DNA of 63,900 bases, counting the filler, from Stramenopiles sp. TOSAG23-3 (lineage: Eukaryota): NCBI GenBank assembly GCA_900128585.1. It is 4 parts of 4 records of this genome, joined end to end, with 100 filler letters (N's around TTAATTAATTAA, not from the genome) between each part and the next. Parts side by side here need not be neighbours in the genome. Positions count along the whole stretch, not along the records: positions 32,036 to 47,924 come from LT642508.1; positions 48,025 to 63,900 come from LT642509.1; 2 more parts are not named here. The stretch is one strand, 5' to 3'. Below the pieces are notes generated by a model. That model searched no databases. It saw only the letters and a list, made by a program, of their open reading frames with translations, and was not told the origin of the DNA. Positions within the stretch are counted from its first letter, which is position 1; every line of letters starts with the position of its first letter. Below, one piece after another: positions 38,732 to 49,513 of the stretch. The position numbers and the translations under genes were made by a program.

Positions 38732-41218
38732 ATGATAAACTTTCAGCATGTTTTGCGTCTCATTATCCTTGCCTGCTCATTTCTGGGGCGAACGGGGTCA
38801 CCGTTGCTGTTTGGTAGTGCTGGTGGGAATCACGGTATTTCTTACTGGGGTATCAATGTTCACTTTACACGAACAGGGGCTACGGACAAAGAGATCTCGC
38901 AAGTTGCGCAAGCGTATACAATTGCCCGAATGGATTTAAGCTGGGCCTCCATAGAACTGACAATAGGAAAATATGACTTTTCAAGCCATGATGAACTCTT
39001 TGGTCGGCTGAAAGCAAAAGGGGTTCATGCGTATTTTATTCTGGACTATGGCAATCAGAAACTTTACCCCAACTGCATGGACGCTCACCGCCCGAACACC
39101 ACGGCCACAAAACACTGCATCAATGCATTCGTGAAATTTGCAATCGAGGCAATGAAGCATTTCTCTGCGTTGGACCAGAGTGTGGTCTTTGAGTTATGGA
39201 ATGAACCAAACACGGTGTTCTGGGAAGATTTAAAATTCGGAAACGTGACCGAATACGCAAAACTAGCGGTTGCCATAGATGCGGCACGAATAGCATCTGG
39301 GATACGCAGCAACACCACTCTTGTTGGCCCCGCTGTGGCCGGGTTTGGAACAAACGTTACATGGCAGTTTTTGGAGGCGTGCGGACAGCTAGGTTGCTTC
39401 AGAGCATTTGACGCTGTTTCTATGCATGCGTACAGAAACAGCGAGGAAGGTCCAGAGAGCATTCTACCGGACCTCAAGAAGCTAAAGGGTATTTTGCACA
39501 ATGACAGCGTCAAACTAATTTCAGGGGAATGGGGGTGGTCTACGTGCAATCCTTCGCAGCCCCCGCCTAACTCATCGTTTCATTTCAATTGCGGCGTTTC
39601 GAATTCTGTGGCCGACGAACTCGGGGCAGCGAGAAACCTTGCTCGTCAGTGGCTTACGAATACGTATGCAGGCGTGGTTGTCTCTATTTACTACGACTTT
39701 ATTGACGATTGTCCCAACCCTTTTGATCGAGAGTGTCGCTTCGGAACCGTTCGTGCCGACCGTACGCCAAAGCCAAGTTACACCGCTGCGTGGACTCTAC
39801 AACAATATTTAGGCGGGAAACGATTTCAGAAACGCATCGGCGCAGCAGACGAGAACTCTTACGCCCTTGCGTTCGAGGGAAACAGGCTTGCAGTTTGGAA
39901 CGTGCCCGTTGCCCGGCAGAGTAAAAACGGCACATGTCCTGCTCATGATAGTCTTCCAACAGTCCGTGTCAACTGTGGGCACGATGGCACTACCAAGGAG
40001 GAGTGCGAAGACGCTGGGTGTTGTTTTTCGTTCCCACCCCCAACGTTTGGTCCCCAATGTTTTTTGCCGCCACTGAACTCAACCAAAGAAATAACATTCC
40101 CTGTTGGTGTCGGAATTCAGTGTTGGGACCAAGTGACGATTGCAAATGCAACGCTTGAAAGCAGAGTGTGTTCCAACGAGAAAGGCTGGCTGAGCATTAT
40201 GGCGTCCGAAAACCCAATATTGCTGATCCCAGAGCCGGCCAAAGTTTTGAAGTTCAATGAAAACGGGGTGTTTACTATTGCCCAAATTGCCGATGCGCAT
40301 TTGGGGGAGGGGGAGTCCAGCTGGGGGCCTCGGATTGACAACCACACGTACCGAGCCCTAAGGAAAGTTCTTCGACTGGAAGCCCCCCTTTCCCTTGCGG
40401 TGCTGTCTGGTGACATGCTTACTGGCCTAAACATTGACAAAAATGCGACTTCTTATTGGGACCAGCTTGTCTCCGTTTTGGACGAACAGGGGTTGCCACA
40501 CACAGCAATATTAGGCAACCATGATGCCGAGCCCTTTGCTGGCACTAAACAAAACCAGTCCGCCCCCGGCGCAAAAACTAACCGGTCCGAGCTGATGGAA
40601 CACGACACCGCGTTGCCGCTCTCCTTCTCCAAACTCGGCCCGGGACATTTACGCCCCGCCGTATCTATCTACGTTGTTGATGTGTTTTCGAAAGACGGCC
40701 AGGAACCGTTGCTGCAATTGTACCATTTGGACAGTGGTGGGGGAGGTATGATCGAGGAAGTTTTTATTGAGCAGATTTCGTGGTTTGAAGAAAAAGTTGA
40801 ATCCCAACGCAATAAATTCAATGCCAAAGTTCCAGCTTTGGTCTTTGTACATATCCCAATGGCAGAGTTTCAAAGTGCACTGAATGAAAAAAAGTCCTGC
40901 TTTGGCGATGCCGAGGATAGTGTTACCCCAACAGTAAAAAACAACGGTCTCTTCGAGGCCCTTGATGCCACCGAAGAAGTTTTGGCAGTGTTCGTGGGGC
41001 ATGATCATTGCAACGATTTTTGTTGCCAGTTTGGAAAACGGTCGATTGACTTGTGTTTCGGCAGGCATAGTGGGTACGGTGGATACCAGTGCAACGGCTA
41101 CGAGGAAGGGGTCCGGATAATCACCATTCAGAACGACCAAAAAGCAGGGGTGTTGAGTGTTTCCACTCATATAAGGCTGAATAATGGAACTATTATTCAC
41201 ACAGGTTCTCTTGTATAA
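38732..41218 (+). CDS. Secreted fusion of a clan GH-A glycoside hydrolase (GH5/GH39-like), a trefoil (P-type) domain and a DCR2/PAP-like metallophosphoesterase
   Basis: Signal peptide. FELWNEPN (acid/base) and ISGEWGWS (nucleophile). Trefoil RVNCGHDGTTKEECEDAGCCF...PQCF. Metallophosphoesterase motifs ADAHLGE, SGDML, GNHD, FVHIP, GHDHCND and GRHSGYGGY. Confidence 0.85.
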   Translation: MINFQHVLRLIILACSFLGRTGSPLLFGSAGGNHGISYWGINVHFTRTGATDKEISQVAQAYTIARMDLSWASIELTIGKYDFSSHDELFGRLKAKGVHAYFILDYGNQKLYPNCMDAHRPNTTATKHCINAFVKFAIEAMKHFSALDQSVVFELWNEPNTVFWEDLKFGNVTEYAKLAVAIDAARIASGIRSNTTLVGPAVAGFGTNVTWQFLEACGQLGCFRAFDAVSMHAYRNSEEGPESILPDLKKLKGILHNDSVKLISGEWGWSTCNPSQPPPNSSFHFNCGVSNSVADELGAARNLARQWLTNTYAGVVVSIYYDFIDDCPNPFDRECRFGTVRADRTPKPSYTAAWTLQQYLGGKRFQKRIGAADENSYALAFEGNRLAVWNVPVARQSKNGTCPAHDSLPTVRVNCGHDGTTKEECEDAGCCFSFPPPTFGPQCFLPPLNSTKEITFPVGVGIQCWDQVTIANATLESRVCSNEKGWLSIMASENPILLIPEPAKVLKFNENGVFTIAQIADAHLGEGESSWGPRIDNHTYRALRKVLRLEAPLSLAVLSGDMLTGLNIDKNATSYWDQLVSVLDEQGLPHTAILGNHDAEPFAGTKQNQSAPGAKTNRSELMEHDTALPLSFSKLGPGHLRPAVSIYVVDVFSKDGQEPLLQLYHLDSGGGGMIEEVFIEQISWFEEKVESQRNKFNAKVPALVFVHIPMAEFQSALNEKKSCFGDAEDSVTPTVKNNGLFEALDATEEVLAVFVGHDHCNDFCCQFGKRSIDLCFGRHSGYGGYQCNGYEEGVRIITIQNDQKAGVLSVSTHIRLNNGTIIHTGSLV

Positions 41219-41399
41219 GAATTGAGAGAATTTCACAAAAGCGCAAGAAGTTACACAACATGTGTTTGTTTTGGAGTTTTTTTTATTAATAATAATTAAA
41301 TTTACATAATTATTTTTATAAAAAAATTATATACAAAAATTTACACTTAAATGTGATAGTAGTAAAACCGTCCCTCTTTTCAAGTGCGTGGCGCGCCTC

Positions 41400-43907
41400 C
41401 TACCGAGAAATGATATTTCTGCTAATGTCTTCCCCCGTCATGTCCTTCGTCTTCATGAGAAACTTATGAAGTTTTTTCTGAATTAAAACGTGGTCTTGTT
41501 TCCCTCTGACAATGAGCTCCTTGTTGAGCCGTTTGCTTCGTTCCTCTGCATCGGCCGTCTCCTTACTTTTCTGAGCTTTATCCCGGAGCAAATGCACTGG
41601 CCGCTTCAATGCTTTCATGAACGATTTGATACTCCTCGTCTTGTCTTTTTTGCGCTTGGAGTACGCCATGTAGCGCGGCGTTTGGTCCATGCGAACGATT
41701 TTTGACGTTTCAACAACGCTTCCCTGTGGCAGCCCTTTCAGAAATAGATATTGATTTACCTCATCGTGTCGGTCCGCCAAATGGTGGCTCTGCGGCACAT
41801 TCCGCTTCGGTTTGGCTGCAAACGTGTGCCGCCCTTTGACAATTTTAAACGTTGTTGACCGCGCGAGAAGTCTCCCAACGCGTCCTTTCGCGCGCTTGAC
41901 GGGAGAAATGACGTGCTCTTTGATCAGATCTCGGTGAACGACATCTTCCCGCTTTCCTCGGCCTTCTCGCCGAATAAGATAGTACTCTCCAACTTTCAGC
42001 GCTTTCAAGACGTCTACGGGGTAGTACCCTTCGTGCATTTCCCATGGGCCTTCGCCATGGGCCAGGACGTGGTCCCCTGGACCATAATCCCTGGTGGCCA
42101 TCTGCAAGACGGGGTCTGCAAACGCGCTCCAAACTTTGGTCGAATCCTGAAATCGGACACGCGCAAAATAGTGCGTGGCCGGCCGCAGTTTCGTGATTCG
42201 AACAATGCCTTTGTTGCCGTGGCGCTCGGCACGTTTCCAGTTTTCCCTGTCGACCGAGTACTCGACTTGGTAGAGGCAATTGTCGCCAAATACTTCCGGG
42301 TTAATCCCATTTTCCGTTCCCAGGCGGACTTGGCATTGGACGGTTATCGTGGTCGGGGTATTGCGGAGGAACTTCATATCGACGGAGCTGTGAGGGGCCA
42401 CGCGTGGGATAACTTTTGTTTTTCCAAGTGTGGTCGCTCCTGGCCGACTCCACCCCCTTTTGTTCCGTGCTTTCACCCTGAAAAAATAGTGCGTGTTGGG
42501 CTCCAAGCCCTCTACTAGTATGGGCGAGCCGAGGCCCTTGCCGCCAGAGGACCACCTGAACAAGCGGTCTTTGGAGTACTGGACTTCGTACAATTGCACG
42601 TGATCGTGGACCTGCTCCTTAAACCAGACGGTCGCCATCGTAGATGTGACATACTCCAGCGTGGGTGCTCTGGGTGGGCGCGGGACCCAGAATTTCGACG
42701 TCCGGGCCTGAAGGACGGCGGAGTGGGCCCCTAGCCCTTGCTCGTTCCGGTACCGAACCCGGACATGGTACAGTGTGTCTGGTTCTAAATTGGGCAATTC
42801 GACCCTTGTGTTTAAGCCTGCAGAATACGTTTGAACATCCGCCTCGGGGTCCTTGTCCACTATTTTTATGTCCGCATCGCTTTCTTCGGTTACGTCTGCG
42901 ACTGCCACATACTCCACGAGCGCCTCCAACAAGGGCAAATCACCATCGTAGTCTGGGAGCGACCATTGCAACGACAGGTACGAGTAGTACAAGGGGTGGA
43001 CGATGATGAAATTCTGAGGCGCGGACGCGACCTCCCCCTTCGATGTCGACACCTCCAACGGCCTGCTGCTTTTACTCCAGCCACTGTTGTTGCGAAACCT
43101 AATTCTAATAAAGTACGTCATGTTTGCTCGTAAGTGCGGAAATTCGTAAAACATTCGACCGGCGGAGACCATCCCAAACCTACCGTGCCCGCCAACGTTT
43201 CCGCACCGCTTCCACTTCCCTGGCTCCAGGCCGTGCCTCCCATCGATGGCCTTGGCAATCGCCATTTCCCACTGCTGCACATCGTTCGGGTTGACCCACG
43301 ATACAGATATAAAATCTGTCGTGACCGACACTGGGACAGGCATCCCGTACCCAATTTTCCAACACGTTGGGATGGATGGCTTTGCGGGAAAAGCGAACGT
43401 GGTCACAACGACGTGGGGCACGGACGGTTTGTTCTTCAGCCGAAAGCGGTACAACGTCCCTGACCGGAGGCACGTGACCTCCCGGGCCATGTACCTCGGC
43501 CCGTTTACCCAGTACACAGACGCCCACGGCAGGTTGTAGCCTTCTGTTATTTGTAGCAGGTCTTCGTTTGGGTTTTGACACCGCAAACGGACCGTTGTGC
43601 AAGAGACCCGGACAAGGGACAAGTCGTAGTGAGCCGGGGTTTCGGGTTTGAAGACGGGCTGAGACATTACACTCCCAGACGTGCTTGGCCTGCCACCAAA
43701 AACAATGGAATGTTCTTCATCGTCGCTGTTTGCCGTTCGTGGACGGGAAGATTTGGAAAAATTGTCTACCACGTCTGGGAAATCTTCCCAAATGCCCTGC
43801 CCATCCGTTTCCGCCGCTTGTTTCCCAGGTTCAAAGTTTTCAAAGCCAGAGTATAGAATTCCACGCGACAGGTTTTCCCTCACCCCATTCTTTCTGGACG
43901 CAATCAT
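41400..43907 (-). CDS. Fibronectin type III repeat protein
   Basis: Five FN3-like C-terminal strand motifs: LRSGTLYRFRL, LRANMTYFIRIRFRN, LEPDTLYHVRVRYRN, LEPNTHYFFRVKARN and LRPATHYFARVRF. Confidence 0.85.
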   Translation of the reverse strand: MIASRKNGVRENLSRGILYSGFENFEPGKQAAETDGQGIWEDFPDVVDNFSKSSRPRTANSDDEEHSIVFGGRPSTSGSVMSQPVFKPETPAHYDLSLVRVSCTTVRLRCQNPNEDLLQITEGYNLPWASVYWVNGPRYMAREVTCLRSGTLYRFRLKNKPSVPHVVVTTFAFPAKPSIPTCWKIGYGMPVPVSVTTDFISVSWVNPNDVQQWEMAIAKAIDGRHGLEPGKWKRCGNVGGHGRFGMVSAGRMFYEFPHLRANMTYFIRIRFRNNSGWSKSSRPLEVSTSKGEVASAPQNFIIVHPLYYSYLSLQWSLPDYDGDLPLLEALVEYVAVADVTEESDADIKIVDKDPEADVQTYSAGLNTRVELPNLEPDTLYHVRVRYRNEQGLGAHSAVLQARTSKFWVPRPPRAPTLEYVTSTMATVWFKEQVHDHVQLYEVQYSKDRLFRWSSGGKGLGSPILVEGLEPNTHYFFRVKARNKRGWSRPGATTLGKTKVIPRVAPHSSVDMKFLRNTPTTITVQCQVRLGTENGINPEVFGDNCLYQVEYSVDRENWKRAERHGNKGIVRITKLRPATHYFARVRFQDSTKVWSAFADPVLQMATRDYGPGDHVLAHGEGPWEMHEGYYPVDVLKALKVGEYYLIRREGRGKREDVVHRDLIKEHVISPVKRAKGRVGRLLARSTTFKIVKGRHTFAAKPKRNVPQSHHLADRHDEVNQYLFLKGLPQGSVVETSKIVRMDQTPRYMAYSKRKKDKTRSIKSFMKALKRPVHLLRDKAQKSKETADAEERSKRLNKELIVRGKQDHVLIQKKLHKFLMKTKDMTGEDISRNIISR

Positions 43908-44653
43908 GAATTTGCTGTGCAGGAGGAGACAAGCACCTGTCAGCTACCGCGTACAGAAAAAGGAAATTTCAATGCCGTGGATGGGTGCGGTTTGTGTTCG
44001 ATCTTACGATATATTGATGCGGGGCGGTTAAAGAAACGATTGATCCTTTTCACTAACAGTTAACAGTCTGTCTGGTCTTGTTCCAAATGAACCTCTGCTG
44101 AAGAAGATAGAAGAAGAAGAGGGAGGAAGAAGAAGAAGGAAGAAGAAGAGAAGAAGTGTTTGGTGTTGTTATTTGTTAATATAAAATAATCATTCCAGAC
44201 TATTTTTTAATAAGAACAGAAGCAGAAGAAAGAAGAAGAACAAAGAAAGAAGAACAGAAAGAAGAACAGAACTAATCCTTCTTCCTTCACTGTGTCTATA
44301 TATATTATACAATACCATAGAAATACCATAGATATAAAACATATTTTCTATTCTATTATACAATACAAGTATAATTAATATACCTATGAAATACATATGG
44401 GTAACGGACATCTTAATAACATAAGAATAATAGGAGGAGTGGGTTTATCGCAGGCAGAGAGCACCGCTCGTATATTTTGGCTTTTGGATCTATGTTCTAT
44501 ATACATGTTCGTGATTAGAAAGTTTAACAAGGGTTTGTGGTTACCAAGACATGTATGTTAAGATATGAAAGGAAATATTCTGTGTTCGTTTGAACTATTT
44601 TGTTCGGATTGTTTGTTCTTGTTGTCTCTCTCTGCGTAGGGTATCGTGGTTCA

Positions 44654-46024
44654 ATGGGGGAGGAAGGGGCGACGGAGACAACGGGGACAACGACGACGGG
44701 GGTGGGGGAAGGTGCGAATGTTCTCAGCGGTGGGGAAGAAGTTGGTTCAAGGAAGAAGACTGCGGAAGAGTTGCAAAAAGATGAGGCACGGCGCAAGCGC
44801 CTTGCTTACCAAGAGTCATTAGAACGGTTGACGACGGGAAATTTCTCCGTGTGGCAAATGGCCAAGTCCCTCGGGCCACGGCGTGCTCGAAAAATGGGGC
44901 TGGAAATGCAACGCGTGAGCGAGAAAGGCGAAGGGATCGTGAAGACTGTGTTTCTGGGTCATTCCCAAAATTACAAGTCGAAGTCAAGGGCTGCAGAAGC
45001 ACAAAAACGGCGGTACCGCCTTGCAAAGCTGAAAGACATCTACGGAAAGGAGAAGGAAAAACGGCGCGCGATGATAGAGGCGTTGCGGAGAGAGCGAGAG
45101 GGGAAGATAGAATCGAAAGACGTGATAGATTTGAGTTATCGTGTGCGCCCGCAGACGGGGCAATCGGGGAGAGGGATGATATTCCCGTCCAAAGCAGACT
45201 ACCGGCGGGCTCTGACCGCACCAACAGAGATAAATCACGAAGGTCCGTGGGATGGGAGGTTTGGTGTGCCGGACAAGATCAGGGCCCAGTCTCGATCGTC
45301 GCAGCGTTCGCACGGCGGCCAACCCTCGTCTTTGCGAAGCAGGTACGTTAGCACGCCAGGTTCCCGGCCCCACACGTCCGCAATGGACTGGGACTGGGCG
45401 GGCGGGTTTCAGCACGGTTCGGATCTTGCGCCGTACCCCATAGACACGCTGCAGATGATGACTCGCGCGGAGACCCCGCACGGGCACCGCCCGTCCACGG
45501 TCGGGTTTGCCCCCGACACGCCGGACCGTAACAACAATAATAGTATTGGCCGACGGGCACAATCCCGATCTGGCCTTCGACCAAGCTTTCGACCCCCAAC
45601 GGCCGAAGAACGCGGCGAGACACCGTACGGTTCGCCGAAACCATTTTCCATTGCCGACCGGCCCCGTACAGTATCGACGCCGTACGCTCGGCAAATTGTC
45701 CCCGCTGGCTCGCGTAACAGCCAAAGCAATAGGCTCAAACGAAGGCAGAGGAAAGGGCGAATGTCCTCCCCGTACTCTCGAGGCACACAAGGGACGACGA
45801 GCATGTCCAGCAGCGAGCGGCTCTTCCTTCGCTCCCAACGGCGCAACCGGAGGCGCACGCCTGTTCGCACGAGTGCAGAACAGCGCAACCGAAGCCTTGC
45901 GCAGCAGGAAGGGTACGATTTCACTTCAAGGCATTTGGAGAGTCATCCTATGTGGAGTCGCATGTACGAAACGAAAAATGGCGAAGGGAAAGAAGGGGAC
46001 GACGACAAGGACGGTGGGTGGTGA
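44654..46024 (+). CDS. Hypothetical basic, largely disordered protein with repeated RPxT motifs
   Basis: Longest ORF of the region, ATG at 44654. N-terminal coiled-coil-like stretch, then RPQT, RPHT, RPST, RPPT and RPRT. Confidence 0.7.
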   Translation: MGEEGATETTGTTTTGVGEGANVLSGGEEVGSRKKTAEELQKDEARRKRLAYQESLERLTTGNFSVWQMAKSLGPRRARKMGLEMQRVSEKGEGIVKTVFLGHSQNYKSKSRAAEAQKRRYRLAKLKDIYGKEKEKRRAMIEALRREREGKIESKDVIDLSYRVRPQTGQSGRGMIFPSKADYRRALTAPTEINHEGPWDGRFGVPDKIRAQSRSSQRSHGGQPSSLRSRYVSTPGSRPHTSAMDWDWAGGFQHGSDLAPYPIDTLQMMTRAETPHGHRPSTVGFAPDTPDRNNNNSIGRRAQSRSGLRPSFRPPTAEERGETPYGSPKPFSIADRPRTVSTPYARQIVPAGSRNSQSNRLKRRQRKGRMSSPYSRGTQGTTSMSSSERLFLRSQRRNRRRTPVRTSAEQRNRSLAQQEGYDFTSRHLESHPMWSRMYETKNGEGKEGDDDKDGGW

Positions 46025-46215
46025 ATGACGACGGTGAATTATTTCAAGATATTCCAAAAACTCGTCATGATATCAGAAGTTTACGTTGACATTCGCACAT
46101 TCGTTCGTGCGGGTCAATACGCTCTCTGCATTTTGTAAACGGTATTAGGATTATTATAAGTCTTGTAGAAAAGTGAAAATCATTACAGTGTATTACTTCC
46201 TACGAACACGAAAGA

Positions 46216-47319
46216 TTACGCCTTGCTCGGTGAGTCTCCCATGTGAGAGGCGTAGCATGTTTTCCCTCCCACAAAATCCTCCTCGTCGTTGCCCTCCATG
46301 GACCCGCAGATGCAATGCTCCATCCTTACCCGGAAGTTGGGGGTATCGTGCCCTAATCCTTTGTACAGTTGGGGGGGTTGCGGAAGGCTGATCTCCGGGC
46401 CAATCTTTCGGACTATCTTTCGCTTCCAAAACTTTTTCCAAACGCACCCGTGCGTCTCGCCGTGGTGGTAGCAGTTGTACGCGGTCGAGTGCCCGGAGCA
46501 GTCGTACGGCCACCTCTTTTTTCCTTTGGCCTTCGTCCGCTTGGTAAGACAGCGGACGGCTTGGTCCTGGTCGATGTTTTTCCACAGCTCCTGTTCCAGG
46601 TGAAACACGTACTCCCCATCCTCCTCTATTCTGCAAGCGGCCGGTTTGGCGTGGCGACTTTTCCTCAGCCTTGCGAGCTCTTTCTCTCCACGGGACGGGC
46701 TGGAAAGGCAATAGACCCAGTCCACGAAGGTGTGGCCGAAACAGAGTGCTGGTTTCGTCCGGCAAAGGTCAAAAATGGCCCGGGTGAACATGTCGTGGCG
46801 ACTGACGCTGCAGCTCCCAAAGACGCCTTTCACCGTCACTGGGGGTTTCTTCTTGGCGAGAGTGACCGTGGAGGGTTTGGCTGGGGCCGGCTTCTTCTCT
46901 GTCACTGTCGTTCCAGCCAAGCATTGTACGGCCGGGTCGGAACGGACGTTTTTCCACAGCAGACGCTCCAGGTGAACCACGTACTTTCCGCCGTGCTTGA
47001 TCTTGCACGGGGCAGGCTTGTCCTTGGTGCTCTGGCTCAAAATTTCTCGTTGCCGTTCGCCTCTGGACGGGCTGGCGAGGCAGTAGACCCAATCGGCAAA
47101 GGTGGGGGCAAAACAAAGGTTGGGCTTCGCCGCGCACAAGTCTCGGATGGCACGGTTGAACAGCTCATGCTCACTTGGCTTACACTTTCCAAAAACGTTC
47201 GTTTGAACCATCCCCGCATTTTCCCCGTTGCAGAACGAAACAACAAGCACCAAGGCGCAGGTGGCCACCTGGAGGAGGAGGAGGAGGGCACCCCTAGACG
47301 AACGGAGAGGAGAGGCCAT
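46216..47319 (-). CDS. Secreted protein with two tandem 93-aa six-Cys domains
   Basis: Signal peptide. Ungapped internal duplication of residues 42-134 and 166-258, with a Pro/Lys/Thr linker and a Cys-rich tail. Confidence 0.82.
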   Translation of the reverse strand: MASPLRSSRGALLLLLQVATCALVLVVSFCNGENAGMVQTNVFGKCKPSEHELFNRAIRDLCAAKPNLCFAPTFADWVYCLASPSRGERQREILSQSTKDKPAPCKIKHGGKYVVHLERLLWKNVRSDPAVQCLAGTTVTEKKPAPAKPSTVTLAKKKPPVTVKGVFGSCSVSRHDMFTRAIFDLCRTKPALCFGHTFVDWVYCLSSPSRGEKELARLRKSRHAKPAACRIEEDGEYVFHLEQELWKNIDQDQAVRCLTKRTKAKGKKRWPYDCSGHSTAYNCYHHGETHGCVWKKFWKRKIVRKIGPEISLPQPPQLYKGLGHDTPNFRVRMEHCICGSMEGNDEEDFVGGKTCYASHMGDSPSKA

Positions 47320-47849
47320 TTTAGTACTACTAACGAAGTACTACTTGCAACTCTACTCGACTATCGTCAAGGGTCTATTAATCTTGTGATTGCAGATGGT
47401 TTCGTGAACCTCACTCTACTCAATTTAAACAACTCCTTTCCTTTCTTCTTTTCTTAATATATAATGAGGGAGGGAGAGAGGGAGGGAGGGAGGATCGATA
47501 ATATACAATTTTATTTAATTTCTTCTATCATCTTCTTCTTTCCTTTCTTTCTTTCTTTCTTTCTTTTTTTGAAGAAGAAACCAAATAATCCAATATTAAG
47601 GATATATATATTATATGCTATGTATATGTTAATACATATATATATTATCACTTTTTTAGTTCTATTTCGTTATAATTTATATCATTTATAATAAATCATA
47701 TAAATCCCTATATTTACAATGGCTTTAGAATAACAAATGGTCTTCCATCGTTATTTCTTTAAATGTATATTTCCTTAATTATAATTATACTCTAAACTCC
47801 TTTTCCCCTTTCCCCTTCTTCCCCCCCCCCCCCCCCTCATCATCATTAT

Positions 47850-47924
<75 letters not shown>
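47850..47924. repeat. (TTTC)n microsatellite at the contig end
   Basis: Perfect tetranucleotide run, preceded by a poly-C tract. Confidence 0.92.
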
Positions 47925-48024
47925 NNNNNNNNNNNNNNNNNNNNNNNNNNNNNNNNNNNNNNNNNNNNTTAATTAATTAANNNNNNNNNNNNNNNNNNNN
48001 NNNNNNNNNNNNNNNNNNNNNNNN
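47925..48024. other. Artificial contig-joining linker
   Basis: N44-TTAATTAATTAA-N44. Confidence 0.97.
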
Positions 48025-48484
48025 AATAAAGAATACGTTGATTTTTTTATTTCAGTTTGCTTTTTATACAAAATGGTTTATTTCATTTCTTAACGTTTTT
48101 ATTTTCTTATTATTAGAAAGAAAAGAAAGTGAATTCTTCTTCTTGCTTGTTTGTTGTTGATTGATCGGATGATGATGATGAATGATAAATATATGATGAT
48201 GAAAAAAAAGAAAGAAGAAGAAGAAGAAAGGAAGAAGAGAAGAAAAAAAAATAAAGATGGTTTTGTTTGTTCGTTGGTGGTGGTGCAACAGCGCATTACG
48301 TAATATTAGATTCATAAATAATACCATATTATTATTATATTAGTGAGAAGATATCAAACAAAAAAACCTTATTACAAAATAAAATGCATTAATTCTTATA
48401 ATAATATTATGTTTCCCGATAGAAGTTCTTCTGCCATCGATCTCGGATCCCCGTATCGTGGGCTCCTTTTTCACATTATAAAAT

Positions 48485-49513
48485 CTAATCAGACTTCTGG
48501 ACTTTAATTATTTCCGCCATGCTATCTGTGGCGTCGCACAGTTCCGAAACAATCCCAGGCTCCTTGCAGGAATGTCCCGCATCTGGCACGACCACGAGTT
48601 GACTTTTTGGCCAGTTCTTGTGAAGCTCGTACGCCGATTTCATGGGGCAGACGCAATCATAGCGGCCCTGCACGATGATTCCAGGAATGTTGTTCTTTTC
48701 AAGGATATCCGCTTCGTTGATCAGCTGGCCGTCGTAACGGAACCATCCCCCATGCACAAAATAGTGGGTTTCAATCCTTGCAAAGGTGATGGCAAACCTG
48801 CTGTTTTCGGCCCGTTTGATATAGTCTTTAGACACGAAAAGCTTCGAGGTCGCCATTTCATACTTTGACCAGGCGTGGGCACAGCGCAGCTTTTCAATCT
48901 CATCGGTGCCGGTCAAGCGTCGGTAATACGCGCCCATCATGTCGCCTTGTTCCGCAAGGGGAATCGGAGCGGCCAGCAACTCCATCTGGTCCGGAAAGAT
49001 GTTCTCGTTACCCCCCGAACCCTTTTGATAAAACCACTCCAACTCCGTCCGCCGCAGCGTAAAGATTCCTCGCAGCACAAGGCCCAAGCACCGCGTTGGG
49101 TGGGTTTGGGCGTACGCGAGCGAAATGCATGCGCCCCAGCTACCACCGAACAAAGCCCATTTTTCAATGTTCAGCTTTTTTCTTATTTCTTCCATGTCAC
49201 TAACTGTGTGCCAAGTGGTGTTGTCCTCCAACGAAGCCCATGGCACACTCTTTCCTGCCCCTCTCTGATCAAACATGATGATGTGCCAAACGTCCTTGTT
49301 AAAGTATTGCCGGTAGTAGTCCTGGACACCACCGCCGGGCCCACCGTGGGATACCAGAACAGGGATTCCTTCAGGATTTCCAGAGCATTCGTAATAAATC
49401 TGGTGCTTCAGCTCTGGCCTGCCGACGCTCAAAAAGCCTGTGAAGTAGGGATCAATCTCAGGGTACAGTTCCCTCCGGTTCGCGACCGTGGCAGTGGTCA
49501 CGATGGAAGTCAT
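48485..49513 (-). CDS. pip: Proline iminopeptidase (S33)
   Basis: LYPEIDPY, HGGPGGG, FDQRGAGKS, LFGGSWG, QGRYDCVCP and DAGHS. Confidence 0.95.
   Translation of the reverse strand: MTSIVTTATVANRRELYPEIDPYFTGFLSVGRPELKHQIYYECSGNPEGIPVLVSHGGPGGGVQDYYRQYFNKDVWHIIMFDQRGAGKSVPWASLEDNTTWHTVSDMEEIRKKLNIEKWALFGGSWGACISLAYAQTHPTRCLGLVLRGIFTLRRTELEWFYQKGSGGNENIFPDQMELLAAPIPLAEQGDMMGAYYRRLTGTDEIEKLRCAHAWSKYEMATSKLFVSKDYIKRAENSRFAITFARIETHYFVHGGWFRYDGQLINEADILEKNNIPGIIVQGRYDCVCPMKSAYELHKNWPKSQLVVVPDAGHSCKEPGIVSELCDATDSMAEIIKVQKSD

Noticed and set aside
44984..45838. 284-aa minus-strand ORF and other overlapping frames
   Set aside because: The GC-rich region has few stops. The plus-strand frame from 44654 is longer and has coherent repeated motifs.
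46369..47457. 362-aa plus-strand ORF
   Set aside because: Antisense shadow of the secreted repeat protein, whose signal peptide and Cys pattern identify the real strand.
15929..48024. TTAATTAATTAA recurring about every 16 kb as a biological periodic motif
   Set aside because: It is always centred in an identical 100-nt N-padded block: a standard six-frame-stop linker used to concatenate contigs.
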